DNA of 64,000 bases from Candidatus Coatesbacteria bacterium (GTDB taxonomy: Bacteria; RBG-13-66-14; B26-G2; JAUVZD01). Shown one piece after another: positions 9,167 through 17,287 of this stretch. The translations under genes were made by a program, and so were the position numbers. Numbering within the stretch: the first letter of the stretch is position 1; every line of letters starts with the position of its first letter. Location: NCBI GenBank assembly GCA_030602715.1, contig JAUVZD010000006.1, positions 26,465 through 90,464 of the forward strand. Reading direction: 5' to 3'. The notes below the pieces were generated by a model. It made no database searches, was not told the DNA's origin, and saw nothing but the letters and a program-made list of their open reading frames with translations.

Positions 9167-10265
9167 GAGTAAGACCGTCGTTGAGGAGAAGCCCTCCGAT
9201 ATCTATAGCTGGCTGTTAGCCACCTCCTGGCAAGAGCTTATTCCCCTCTATACTTTGATTGAGCTTACCGGGGAGTGTAACCTCAACTGTCGGCATTGTT
9301 ACCTGACCGCCGAGGAGAAGACTAATAAGGGTCTGTCAACAGCCCAGTGGTTTGAGCTACTGGAGCAGTTGTATCACAGCAAGACATTATTCCTCAGTCT
9401 GAGCGGGGGAGAGATATTCCTGCGCCAGGACCTGTTCTCCATCATAGAAAAGGCAAGAGAACTCAACTTCTCCACACGTTTGTTTACCAACGGAACGCTC
9501 ATCACCAGGGATGTCGCCAGGCGGGTAGCCGAGACGTCTCCTGAAGCGGTGGAGGTGAGCCTTTACGGCGCTCTCCTTGAAACTCACGATTGGTTGACCG
9601 GCGTTCCCGGTTCCTTCAAAAAGACTATTGGGGCGGTTGAAGCGCTGGTGGAGTTGGGAGTCATGGTGGTAATCAAGAATGTGTGGATGAACTTTAATTG
9701 GACTGAAGCCGAAAGGTGGCTTTCCCTGGTCAGAAGGTTGGGAGCCCTTCCCCGTTGGTGCGTCAATGTGGTTCCGCAAAATGACGGGGCTTTAAGCCCC
9801 ACGGAGTTTCGCATGGGAGACGAGGAGCTTGCCGAACTGCATCGCTGGGAGCTTTCCGTGGAAAGAGATTATGATGGAGCGGAAGGCGCCGATGCCAATC
9901 CCTTTTGCGGGGCGGACGGCGATGGGGTTACCTCCCGCAGTAAGGAGAGGGTTTTGGGTTGCGGAGCGGCGGCTAATCATTGTATAATTGACATCAACGG
10001 AGAGGTGCTTCCCTGTTCACAGATTCGCATCTCCGCCGGAAATGTTACCAAGGAGCCTTTTGGACACATCTGGCGAGATTCCCGTTTTCTAAATCAACTC
10101 AGGGCAATTCGGGAACTGCCGGTATCGGGATGTGCGGGATGTTCCTATCTGGAGCAATGTGTGAGGTGTCCCGGACTGGCTTGGCTTGAGGACGGTGGTT
10201 TGGCTCTGCGGTCATCGTGGGCATGTAAAGTAGCCAGGATTTATTCGGAGGTGGAAGATGAATAA
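9138..10265 (+). CDS. Radical SAM enzyme with a C-terminal SPASM/twitch Cys-rich domain (peptide-modifying rSAM type)
   Basis: CNLNCRHCY (CxxxCxxC) near the N-terminus and the C-terminal cluster CGAAANHC…LPCSQ…CAGCSYLEQCVRCPG. The C-terminal Cys-cluster arrangement matches SPASM-type peptide-modifying radical SAM enzymes. Confidence 0.75.
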   Translation: MALSSPRVSESKTVVEEKPSDIYSWLLATSWQELIPLYTLIELTGECNLNCRHCYLTAEEKTNKGLSTAQWFELLEQLYHSKTLFLSLSGGEIFLRQDLFSIIEKARELNFSTRLFTNGTLITRDVARRVAETSPEAVEVSLYGALLETHDWLTGVPGSFKKTIGAVEALVELGVMVVIKNVWMNFNWTEAERWLSLVRRLGALPRWCVNVVPQNDGALSPTEFRMGDEELAELHRWELSVERDYDGAEGADANPFCGADGDGVTSRSKERVLGCGAAANHCIIDINGEVLPCSQIRISAGNVTKEPFGHIWRDSRFLNQLRAIRELPVSGCAGCSYLEQCVRCPGLAWLEDGGLALRSSWACKVARIYSEVEDE

Positions 10266-10407
10266 AAAGAAGAAATACAGCAAACCGACATTGGTATCCC
10301 AGAAGGTCTTTACCGCCACGTTGGGCTGTACCTGGACAAAGACCACTCCAGGCTGTATTTTACAGGAAAAACATCCTGGAGGATGGCCTCCGATTCCTCG
10401 CACCTGA
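10258..10407 (+). CDS. Candidate RiPP precursor peptide (49 aa): MNKKKKYSKPTLVSQKVFTATLGCTWTKTTPGCILQEKHPGGWPPIPRT
   Basis: Hand translation. The ATG at 10258 overlaps the rSAM stop (ATGAATAA), with GGAGGTG 6 nt upstream. Below the 60-aa cutoff of the ORF track. Lys-rich leader with YSKPTL, then a Thr- and Cys-containing core. Confidence 0.5.
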   Translation: MNKKKKYSKPTLVSQKVFTATLGCTWTKTTPGCILQEKHPGGWPPIPRT

Positions 10408-10562
10408 TGCTCTATCGCCCTTGGCATCATGTCAATGTCGGTCTCAGCGGGAGTTGTAGCCCTTTCATCTGGAGGCGAAGATGTGCCTGGAGGTAAAATG
10501 GGAGGTGTGGGAACATCCTGCCGGGCGGTGGTTAAGGGATAGATTACAGTTTTTGTGTATCC

Positions 10563-10595
10563 AGCGGATGGGAGCTTTACCCATCCGCTTTTTTC
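10563..10595 (+). terminator. Rho-independent terminator closing the kinase-PqqD-rSAM-peptide operon
   Basis: 10-bp stem agcggatggg/cccatccgct with a 7-nt loop, followed by TTTTTT. Confidence 0.6.
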
Positions 10596-10645
10596 TCGCT
10601 TTCGTATCATCAAAATGCCCCACACATTTTTAATAACCTCACCAC

Positions 10646-10674
10646 TTGACTTATGGGGTGTAGGGGTGTAAATT
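10646..10674 (+). promoter_or_regulatory. Sigma70-like promoter: TTGACT, 17-nt spacer, TAAATT
   Basis: ttgact at 10646..10651, 17-nt spacer, taaatt at 10669..10674, with aggagg upstream of the 10715 start. Confidence 0.4.
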
Positions 10675-10714
10675 AATATATAAGTGAAAAGAGATTTACT
10701 AGAAAGGAGGTTTT

Positions 10715-12382
10715 GTGGTGCGTTACTTAACTGCGGGAATAGGGTTCTTGCTGGTTTTAGCCCTGGCGATGGGGTTAACCTTCGCCGGGAGTTGGGAGAT
10801 AACCTCTGTTGATACATCGCTGGAACAATATAGTGGGCAAACCTCCATAGTGATTGACTCATCTGACTATCCCCACATATCGTATTTTGATAATTGGTAT
10901 ACCGCCGATCTAAAATATGCGTTCTGGGATGTTTCCGGTTGGGAGATAAGCGCTGTTGATACGGAGGAGTATGTAGGTTCTTTCAGCTCCATAGCAATTG
11001 ACTTTTTCAACAAACCCCACATATCGTATTACGATATTGGCAACGGTGACCTCAAATATACGCATTGGGATGGTTCTATCTGGCTGACGGTGACCGTTGA
11101 CGCTGAAGGATATACGGGCTTTCATAGCTCAATTGCCCTTGACTCATCCAATAATCCCCACATATCTTATTACAACTGGAGCAACGGGGACCTCAAATAT
11201 GCGTTTTGGGATGACTATAGTTGGCAGATAATGACTGTAGATACTGCGGGGGATGTAGGTATGACCCCATCCATTGTGCTTGACGCATATAACCGCCCTC
11301 ACATATCGTATTACGATAACAGCGCCGGTGACCTCAAGTATGCCTACTATGGAGGCTCTACCTGGCAGATCTCCTCAGTTGATACTTCGGGAGACGTAGG
11401 TTGGAATACCTCCATTGCAATTGACTCGGATGATTGTCCCCACATATCGTATTACGATGCTACCGATGGGAACCTCAAATATGCCTATTACGATGGTTCC
11501 AACTGGCAGATAATCTCCGTTGACACTTCTGGAAATGTGGGTGATTGTAGTTCCATTGCGATTGACTCAGATGATTATCCTCACATATCGTATCTGCACC
11601 TGGATGACTTAGACCTTAAGTATGCCTGGTGGTCGGGAAGCAAATGGAAATTCGTGACCGTGGACAGTGAAGGATGGGTGGGCTTTGATACCTCCATAGC
11701 CCTGGATAGCCAGGATAATCCCCACATCTCGTATTATGACTCCACCAACAACGACCTCAAGTATGCCCGGTATATTCCTTCTGTAGAGGTTGAACTTGCC
11801 TCCTTCACAGCTCAGGGGGAGGGGGATTCTATCTCCTTATGCTGGATAGTCCATGCTACCGAGGGCGAGGACATCCTGGGCTTCAACCTTTATCGCCGGG
11901 AGGCTGAGGTAAGAGAACCATCTTCCCCCTTAGGGACGGATTTTTCCCAAATATGCAAGCCCATCAATTCGGGGCTTATCACCGGACAGAACCCCTACAA
12001 TTACACCGACTCCGGAGTGGAGGGGGGGCGCAGATACGAATATCGCCTGGAGGCGGTGTTTGCCGACGATACTCCGACCACGCTGGGCACCTGTCAGGTG
12101 ACCGCCGGCATCACACCCCGATGGTTCTCCATCATTGCCGTCTATCCCAATCCCGCCTGCGAGCGGCTGACCTGTCTTCTCTTTGTGCCCGATGCAGGTG
12201 CGGTGGAGCTATGCCTATACGACCTCTCCGGTCGCCTGGTGGCGGAGAAGCGCCTAACTGCCGACGAGGCGGGGGAGATGGAAGCCGAACTATGTGTTGC
12301 CGGACTTGCGTCGGGGGTTTATTCACTGCGGGCGTACGCTTTCGGTGCAAGCGCTGATGGTTGTGCGGTTATAGTCAGGTAA
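10715..12382 (+). CDS. Secreted seven-repeat (PHISYYD…GDLKYA…W…VDT…SIAIDS) putative beta-propeller protein with a T9SS-type C-terminal sorting domain
   Basis: Signal peptide, then seven tandem repeats of about 47 aa (DNA period about 141-147 nt across roughly 10790..11780). C-terminus …VYPNPACERL…LYDLSGRLV…GVYSL… resembles the Por/T9SS tail. Confidence 0.55.
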   Translation: MVRYLTAGIGFLLVLALAMGLTFAGSWEITSVDTSLEQYSGQTSIVIDSSDYPHISYFDNWYTADLKYAFWDVSGWEISAVDTEEYVGSFSSIAIDFFNKPHISYYDIGNGDLKYTHWDGSIWLTVTVDAEGYTGFHSSIALDSSNNPHISYYNWSNGDLKYAFWDDYSWQIMTVDTAGDVGMTPSIVLDAYNRPHISYYDNSAGDLKYAYYGGSTWQISSVDTSGDVGWNTSIAIDSDDCPHISYYDATDGNLKYAYYDGSNWQIISVDTSGNVGDCSSIAIDSDDYPHISYLHLDDLDLKYAWWSGSKWKFVTVDSEGWVGFDTSIALDSQDNPHISYYDSTNNDLKYARYIPSVEVELASFTAQGEGDSISLCWIVHATEGEDILGFNLYRREAEVREPSSPLGTDFSQICKPINSGLITGQNPYNYTDSGVEGGRRYEYRLEAVFADDTPTTLGTCQVTAGITPRWFSIIAVYPNPACERLTCLLFVPDAGAVELCLYDLSGRLVAEKRLTADEAGEMEAELCVAGLASGVYSLRAYAFGASADGCAVIVR

Positions 12383-12678
12383 AACGCAGTTCTTTTCGTC
12401 TTGCGGATGGGTTGAGCCCAAACCACGAGCTAAGGGTTGCTCATCCCCAAATATTTTACTTTCATGTTGCTAAGTTCCCTTGAGCCGACCGAGCAATAGG
12501 ACAATTGTAATTTTTTCAAATTACTCACCCTGGTGTGAGGAGAGTTGGTGGAATACTTGATGGGAACAGTTGTATAAGGGCATAAATTAAAAGAGTTTTA
12601 TTTGAGTAAATGGAACGGGTATGATACATTTTTTTACCTATTTTTTTCTTACAGCAATTTTGAATTGGTGGGGAAGAT

Positions 12679-14223
12679 TTGAGAGTTCGGGGATATATCA
12701 AGTGGCTGGTTGCGGTAGGAATATTTCTGGCTCTCTTGCTTCTGGACTATTTCCAGAGGGGAGAGGTGGAAAAACTGTCCCGGCAAAACCTCACCCTTGC
12801 CAGTGAGAAGGTAACCCTTTCTGTGGAGCGCTCCCTGACCGAGCCGGCGAGTATCGTGCGCCGCTTGCTGGGGATTGTGGAGACCTTCGGGATGGTTGGA
12901 CAGAAGGAGTATGAATCCCCGGGCATAAGCGTCGCAGAGGATTATTCCTTCGTCGTCCAATCGGGGATAATCACCCAGGACAATCAAGTGTTGGCGGAAT
13001 ATCCCCACCATCCCTCCTCGCTTAACGGTGAGACCGTCGCCAAAATGCTCCATTCCGGTGGAAAGACCTTCGTCGGCGGTGAGGGGAAGGTGCCGGTATA
13101 TGTGAGCGACCTTACCGAGACCGCCGACGATAAAATCCTCCTTTACAGCGCCCGGATGCGAGAAGAGAAGGAAGTCGGCTATCTCTATCTGGCTGTCTCC
13201 GTTGCCGACCTGATTCCCCAACCACCGGCTTTGAGTGAGGATGAGGGCTATTGGATGGCAATATACGATTCCAGTAGACAAGAGGTCCTCTCCCACCGAA
13301 TGGACCAAGCCCAGGATTTGGGCATCTCCGCCGAACTTTTTAGCGGGGGGGAGAATCCCTGGACTCTCAAGGTGGGCTATGTCTCCGGCAGTAGCAAAGG
13401 TTGGGTTGTGGGTCGTTTCGTCAACTTTACCTTCGGCATCCTGGTTGCCATCATCATCTGGATTTTGATATTCTTGCTGGACCGCCGGGCTAATACCCTC
13501 GCCTCTGCAGTGAAGAAACGCACCCAGTCCCTGGAGAATGTCAACAAGGAGATGGAGGAGTTCGTCTATGTGGTCTCCCACGACCTGAAGTCGCCGCTTA
13601 TCACCATCCAGGGGATGATAGACCTGTTTGTGGACTCACCTCAGGGGAAGAGGCTCTCCAAGCGCAGTCGGGAGTTTATGGAGACCATCAAAGCAGCCTC
13701 GGAGCGGATGGGGGACCTGATAGGCGACCTGCTTCAGCTTTCCCGGGTGGGCAGGTTTGATGTGGAGACGGAGCAAGTCAACATCGCCGAGGTAGTGGAA
13801 GTGGTCTTCTCCGAGGTGCGCACCGTAGGTGTGAAATACCGCTTCAACTTCTCCATGGAGGGCAATTTCCCCACTCTGCGAGTAAACCGCCGGCGCATCT
13901 ATCAGATATTCGCCAACTTAATCAATAATGCGGTCAAGTTCATGGGTGAGGACAACACCGAGCCCTATGTGCTGGTCACCTGTGAGGATAAGGGCGGGTT
14001 CTACGAATTTCGGGTCAAGGACAACGGTCCGGGAATAGACCCCCGTTACCATAGGAGAATCTTCGGGGTCTTCAAGCGCCTGCACGGTCGGCGGGTGGAA
14101 GGCACCGGCATCGGTCTGGCTTTCGTTAAAAAGATTGTGGAAACGCAGGGGGGTATCATCTGGGTGGAGTCGGATGTCGGCAGGGGCGCCGAGTTTATCT
14201 TCACCCTTCCCAAAGAGGATTAA
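12679..14223 (+). CDS. Sensor histidine kinase (periplasmic sensor, TM, HisKA, HATPase_c)
   Basis: H-box VSHDLKSPL, N-box/G-boxes (NLINNAVKF, DNGPGID, GTGIGLA). Two TM segments flank a periplasmic domain of about 200 aa. Confidence 0.8.
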   Translation: MRVRGYIKWLVAVGIFLALLLLDYFQRGEVEKLSRQNLTLASEKVTLSVERSLTEPASIVRRLLGIVETFGMVGQKEYESPGISVAEDYSFVVQSGIITQDNQVLAEYPHHPSSLNGETVAKMLHSGGKTFVGGEGKVPVYVSDLTETADDKILLYSARMREEKEVGYLYLAVSVADLIPQPPALSEDEGYWMAIYDSSRQEVLSHRMDQAQDLGISAELFSGGENPWTLKVGYVSGSSKGWVVGRFVNFTFGILVAIIIWILIFLLDRRANTLASAVKKRTQSLENVNKEMEEFVYVVSHDLKSPLITIQGMIDLFVDSPQGKRLSKRSREFMETIKAASERMGDLIGDLLQLSRVGRFDVETEQVNIAEVVEVVFSEVRTVGVKYRFNFSMEGNFPTLRVNRRRIYQIFANLINNAVKFMGEDNTEPYVLVTCEDKGGFYEFRVKDNGPGIDPRYHRRIFGVFKRLHGRRVEGTGIGLAFVKKIVETQGGIIWVESDVGRGAEFIFTLPKED

Positions 14224-14238
14224 GGAGGATATTTTATC

Positions 14239-14646
14239 ATGCTCAATATTTTGCTTATTGAGGACGAGCCGGAGCACCGAACTATCACCCGGCTGGTTCT
14301 GGAGGACCGCTTAGGTCCTTTTCGCCTAATGGAGGTGGAGGACGGTCTGGAGGGGATGAAGTATATGCAAGGTCGGGGAAAATACCGCAACCGCAGCAAG
14401 TATCCCCTTCCGGATATTATCCTGCTGGACATCCGTATGCCCAAGGTGGACGGCTTTGAGTTCATGGAGGAGATAAGTGGAAACCGCTTAATGGAGCAGA
14501 TTCCGGTGATAATCATCTCCACCTCAACCCAGGAACAGGAGATATCAAGAGCCTTCTCCCTGGGGGCTTACGCCTACATCACCAAGCCCATAAATTTTGA
14601 TAAACTGGTGGAGAAGATAATATCCGCCAGGGATGCGAAGGGATGA
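14239..14646 (+). CDS. Single-domain response regulator (CheY-like receiver)
   Basis: LLIEDEP…DIILLDIRMPKVDGFEF…K, 135 aa, no output domain. 15 nt after the kinase gene. Confidence 0.8.
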   Translation: MLNILLIEDEPEHRTITRLVLEDRLGPFRLMEVEDGLEGMKYMQGRGKYRNRSKYPLPDIILLDIRMPKVDGFEFMEEISGNRLMEQIPVIIISTSTQEQEISRAFSLGAYAYITKPINFDKLVEKIISARDAKG

Positions 14647-14757
14647 TGTTCGTCGGCATATTTTGAGTAAAACAGTTGGGATTAAGCTGTTATGCTCTCC
14701 TTCCGGGGTTGTCGTTAGCATCGTCGCCTTTAACCTATGAAGGTTCAAATAAGGTAA

Positions 14758-14781
14758 TCCCCGTCCTGAAAAGGGCGGGGA
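14758..14781. terminator. Stem-loop between the convergent response-regulator gene and tRNA-Glu (a possible bidirectional terminator)
   Basis: tccccgtcc / gggcgggga stem of 9 bp with one G-U pair and loop tgaaaa. Modest T-runs on both sides. Confidence 0.35.
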
Positions 14782-14796
14782 TGGTTGTATTCGGAA

Positions 14797-14868
14797 TGAC
14801 CCCAAGGGGACTCGAACCCCTGCTGCCGCCGTGAAAGGGCGGAGTCCTTACCGCTAGACGATGGGGCC
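14797..14868 (-). tRNA. tRNA-Glu (anticodon TTC)
   Basis: The reverse complement GGCCCCATCGTCTAGCGGTAAGGACTCCGCCCTTTCACGGCGGCAGCAGGGGTTCGAGTCCCCTTGGGGTCA folds with a 7-bp acceptor stem, anticodon loop CTTTCAC and T-loop GGTTCGAGTCC. CCA is not encoded. Confidence 0.85.
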
Positions 14869-14921
14869 TCAGTAATTTAGCATTTTAAGACAACTTTGGC
14901 GCCGAATCAAGGGGAAAATCG

Positions 14922-15902
14922 TCACTGGGTGTAGCGATTGACAATCGCCAGCGCCTGGGGGTCGGCGAACCCCCCCATGGTCATCAGAGTATCCCCGGTG
15001 GTGCCTATGTGCACCAGTTGGTTGTTTGTGGGGTCGGCGACCCAACAGGTTAAACCGTCATACACCGCGCCGATACAGCTGATGGTGCCGAAGCCGGATA
15101 CGGTGTATTCAATTGAAGCATCTGTGCGCACCAGGTGGAGGTCGCCGTCCTCTTCGGCGAGCCAAATATACTGCGAGGGCTCATCATATGACATCATAAC
15201 CGGTCTTTCGCAGACGGGATTGTTCACATCAAATTCAAGCACTTCCCCGTTCAACTGATACAGGAAGAGGTTGCCGGTCTCATACTCTACAACCCAGCAG
15301 GAGCCGGTATCCGTCTCCACCACCGGGCTTACGGGGGTGGTCACCTCAAAGGAGACCAGCTCGTCTCCGCCGGAGGTGATGCAGGTAAGGGTTCCACTGT
15401 AGTCGGCTACCCACACATACCCCCGAGCCTTATCCACATCCAGGTGGCGCACCTCGGTGAAGCCATCGTAGCGTGCAATTATGTCCCCCTCGCTTGACAG
15501 GTGCACCACCCGCCCGCCCAGACCGTCAGCCACCCACACGGTGTCGTCATAATAACTATATACCACCCAGCGGGGGTCGGTGAAGCCGGCGATTATCTTC
15601 TCAATCTCTCCGTCCCTGCTTAAGCGATAGAGCTTCTTCTGCCCGGCGTCCAATGCCCACAGTTGGCTGTCCTCAAAATCCACGCTCATACTGACAATGT
15701 CCTCAAAGCCCCCCATGTTGATGACATACTCGCCGGGTTCGGGGTCTATCTTGACCAGGCGGTCGGTGCCGGAACTGAAGACCCAGACGAAGTCGCTGTC
15801 ATCGGGCTGAAACTGCCAATCAACCGGGCAGGATATTATTATAGTGACCGTTGCTAGAAGCATGAGGGTGGTTAAGAGCCTTTTTACCGTTTTCATTTTC
15901 AT
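14922..15902 (-). CDS. Secreted beta-propeller repeat protein (repeats …VWVADxxGGRVVHL… about every 40 aa)
   Basis: Signal peptide MKMKTVKRLLTTLMLLATVTIIISC, then at least seven blade-like repeats each containing [VC]W[VL][AV][DE]. Confidence 0.5.
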   Translation of the reverse strand: MKMKTVKRLLTTLMLLATVTIIISCPVDWQFQPDDSDFVWVFSSGTDRLVKIDPEPGEYVINMGGFEDIVSMSVDFEDSQLWALDAGQKKLYRLSRDGEIEKIIAGFTDPRWVVYSYYDDTVWVADGLGGRVVHLSSEGDIIARYDGFTEVRHLDVDKARGYVWVADYSGTLTCITSGGDELVSFEVTTPVSPVVETDTGSCWVVEYETGNLFLYQLNGEVLEFDVNNPVCERPVMMSYDEPSQYIWLAEEDGDLHLVRTDASIEYTVSGFGTISCIGAVYDGLTCWVADPTNNQLVHIGTTGDTLMTMGGFADPQALAIVNRYTQ

Positions 15903-15915
15903 CGTTTCCCGGGGG

Positions 15916-16638
15916 CTAGGGTTTTTGGCATTTTAGCAGGCTGTGGATGCGAATATCAACTACCCAGAGTATGTCTCCGTCAATAGCCAGACCGGTGGGG
16001 TTATGCCATGGGGCTAGATGGTATTCAAATATGCTCATCTCGCTGTTAAAAAGGTAGATGAGCCCCTGAAAGTAGTCGCAAGCCCAGAGGGTGTCCCCGT
16101 CAAAGGTGAGACCGAAGTAAAAGTCATAGTTGTAAGTGCCGGCGTAGGTTTCGGCGACGGAGAGGTCGTTTTCGTGCAGATAGATACAACCAGCGACCCT
16201 ATCCGCACTCCACAACCGCCCCTGGGGGTCAAATGCCAGCCCGGAGATGTCCTCGGCGGGTGCGGGGTAGGTTTTGGCGACGGTGAAGTCGGGGTTTAGC
16301 TTATAGATGCTGTCGCTGTCCTCGTCGGAGACCCAGAAGTTAGCCCCATCATAGGCGATAGCGGTGGGCTTCACCCCGGGGGCGCCATATATGGAGATGG
16401 TGCTGCCGTCGTCCGCTGAGACCAGGTAGATATAACCGGGATAATCCCTATCCACCAGCCAGATTCCCTGGGAGGTTGCCACCAGACCGCAGGGGGAGGT
16501 AGCCTCCAGGGGATAGTGGTTGAGGACGGTCAGGTCGGATTGATAGGGGTCCTCTTTCTCGGTCTCATTGCCGCAATTGGCAAGCAGGGCGCTCAGGAGA
16601 AGGAGTATCAGTAAGGCTGTGTTTTTACTCTTGGTCAT
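15916..16638 (-). CDS. Secreted/lipoprotein beta-propeller repeat protein (YDGANFWVSD, FDGDTLWACD, IDGDILWVVD repeats)
   Basis: Signal peptide with Cys (LLANCGNE). The repeat signature DGxxLWVxDxxxxxIY… is shared with the 7195, 37873 and 14922 genes. Confidence 0.5.
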   Translation of the reverse strand: MTKSKNTALLILLLLSALLANCGNETEKEDPYQSDLTVLNHYPLEATSPCGLVATSQGIWLVDRDYPGYIYLVSADDGSTISIYGAPGVKPTAIAYDGANFWVSDEDSDSIYKLNPDFTVAKTYPAPAEDISGLAFDPQGRLWSADRVAGCIYLHENDLSVAETYAGTYNYDFYFGLTFDGDTLWACDYFQGLIYLFNSEMSIFEYHLAPWHNPTGLAIDGDILWVVDIRIHSLLKCQKP

Positions 16639-16714
16639 AGGTGGATTGAAAGGGATCTTTGGGATTGGCGCACACTCCCAAATTAACTAGCGAATAAGGG
16701 GACCTGTTAGCAGG

Positions 16715-17086
16715 TTATCTATTATGAGCGGTGGCTTTTTGCTCAATTTCTTCCGGGGTGGTATCCTCGGTCTCCTCATTGAGGGGGATTATGATGGTCT
16801 CTTGCTCCTCCTGCTGGTGCTTCTTCTTATAGTGGTCAAGTATACCCTGGTATATGGCAAATCCGGCGAAGCCGGCGGCGACAATAAATACTATCGCCGG
16901 GACCCCTCCATCCTCCCCCGAACTACTCCCGCCAGGATCTCCTGGGTCTCGGGCTAGAGCTTCACCCAGCCCGGTCCATAGAAGGACGGCGCAACAGGTA
17001 AAGAGGCCAGTAGTTACCAGACCAGCAAACCTGAACCAGTAAGCTCCAGTAAACATAGATAAGCCTCCCCGATAACGCATTGGCAA
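16715..17086 (-). CDS. Small membrane protein, hypothetical (two TM segments, acidic C-terminus)
   Basis: Hydrophobic segments only, with no family recognised. The start is uncertain and could be an internal Met. Confidence 0.3.
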   Translation of the reverse strand: MPMRYRGGLSMFTGAYWFRFAGLVTTGLFTCCAVLLWTGLGEALARDPGDPGGSSSGEDGGVPAIVFIVAAGFAGFAIYQGILDHYKKKHQQEEQETIIIPLNEETEDTTPEEIEQKATAHNR

Positions 17087-17287
17087 GGGGATGGTGTTGA
17101 AGGACTGCTACCAAAAGGACGATGCGTCTATTCAGATGAACTCATATACATTATATTCCCTTTTGCAGGCTAAGTCAAGGGAATTTATAGCAAATGGAAA
17201 TTGTTGAAAACAAACCCGTTCTGTGTTAATTTCTGATTGTAAAATCCTTTAGCCATTTCCGGCTGAGTAGGAGGCGGAAGGTATTCC

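Noticed and set aside
10481-10633. About 50-codon ORF with an SD that reads through the 10563..10595 terminator hairpin
   Set aside because: The coding sequence would include a perfect terminator stem and T-tract. It is more likely 3'-UTR, so it is kept only as a low-interest finding rather than a feature.
10212-10862. 216-aa minus-strand ORF spanning the rSAM 3' end, the candidate precursor, the terminator and the next gene's promoter
   Set aside because: Low-complexity, Pro/Ser-rich translation. It runs antisense through a Rho-independent terminator and a promoter. Sense-strand features explain the region better.
12383-12678. About 300-nt intergenic region between the repeat-protein gene and the histidine kinase, checked for ncRNA or terminator
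   Set aside because: Only weak, imperfect stems. No convincing terminator, promoter hexamers or known ncRNA signature could be supported by eye.
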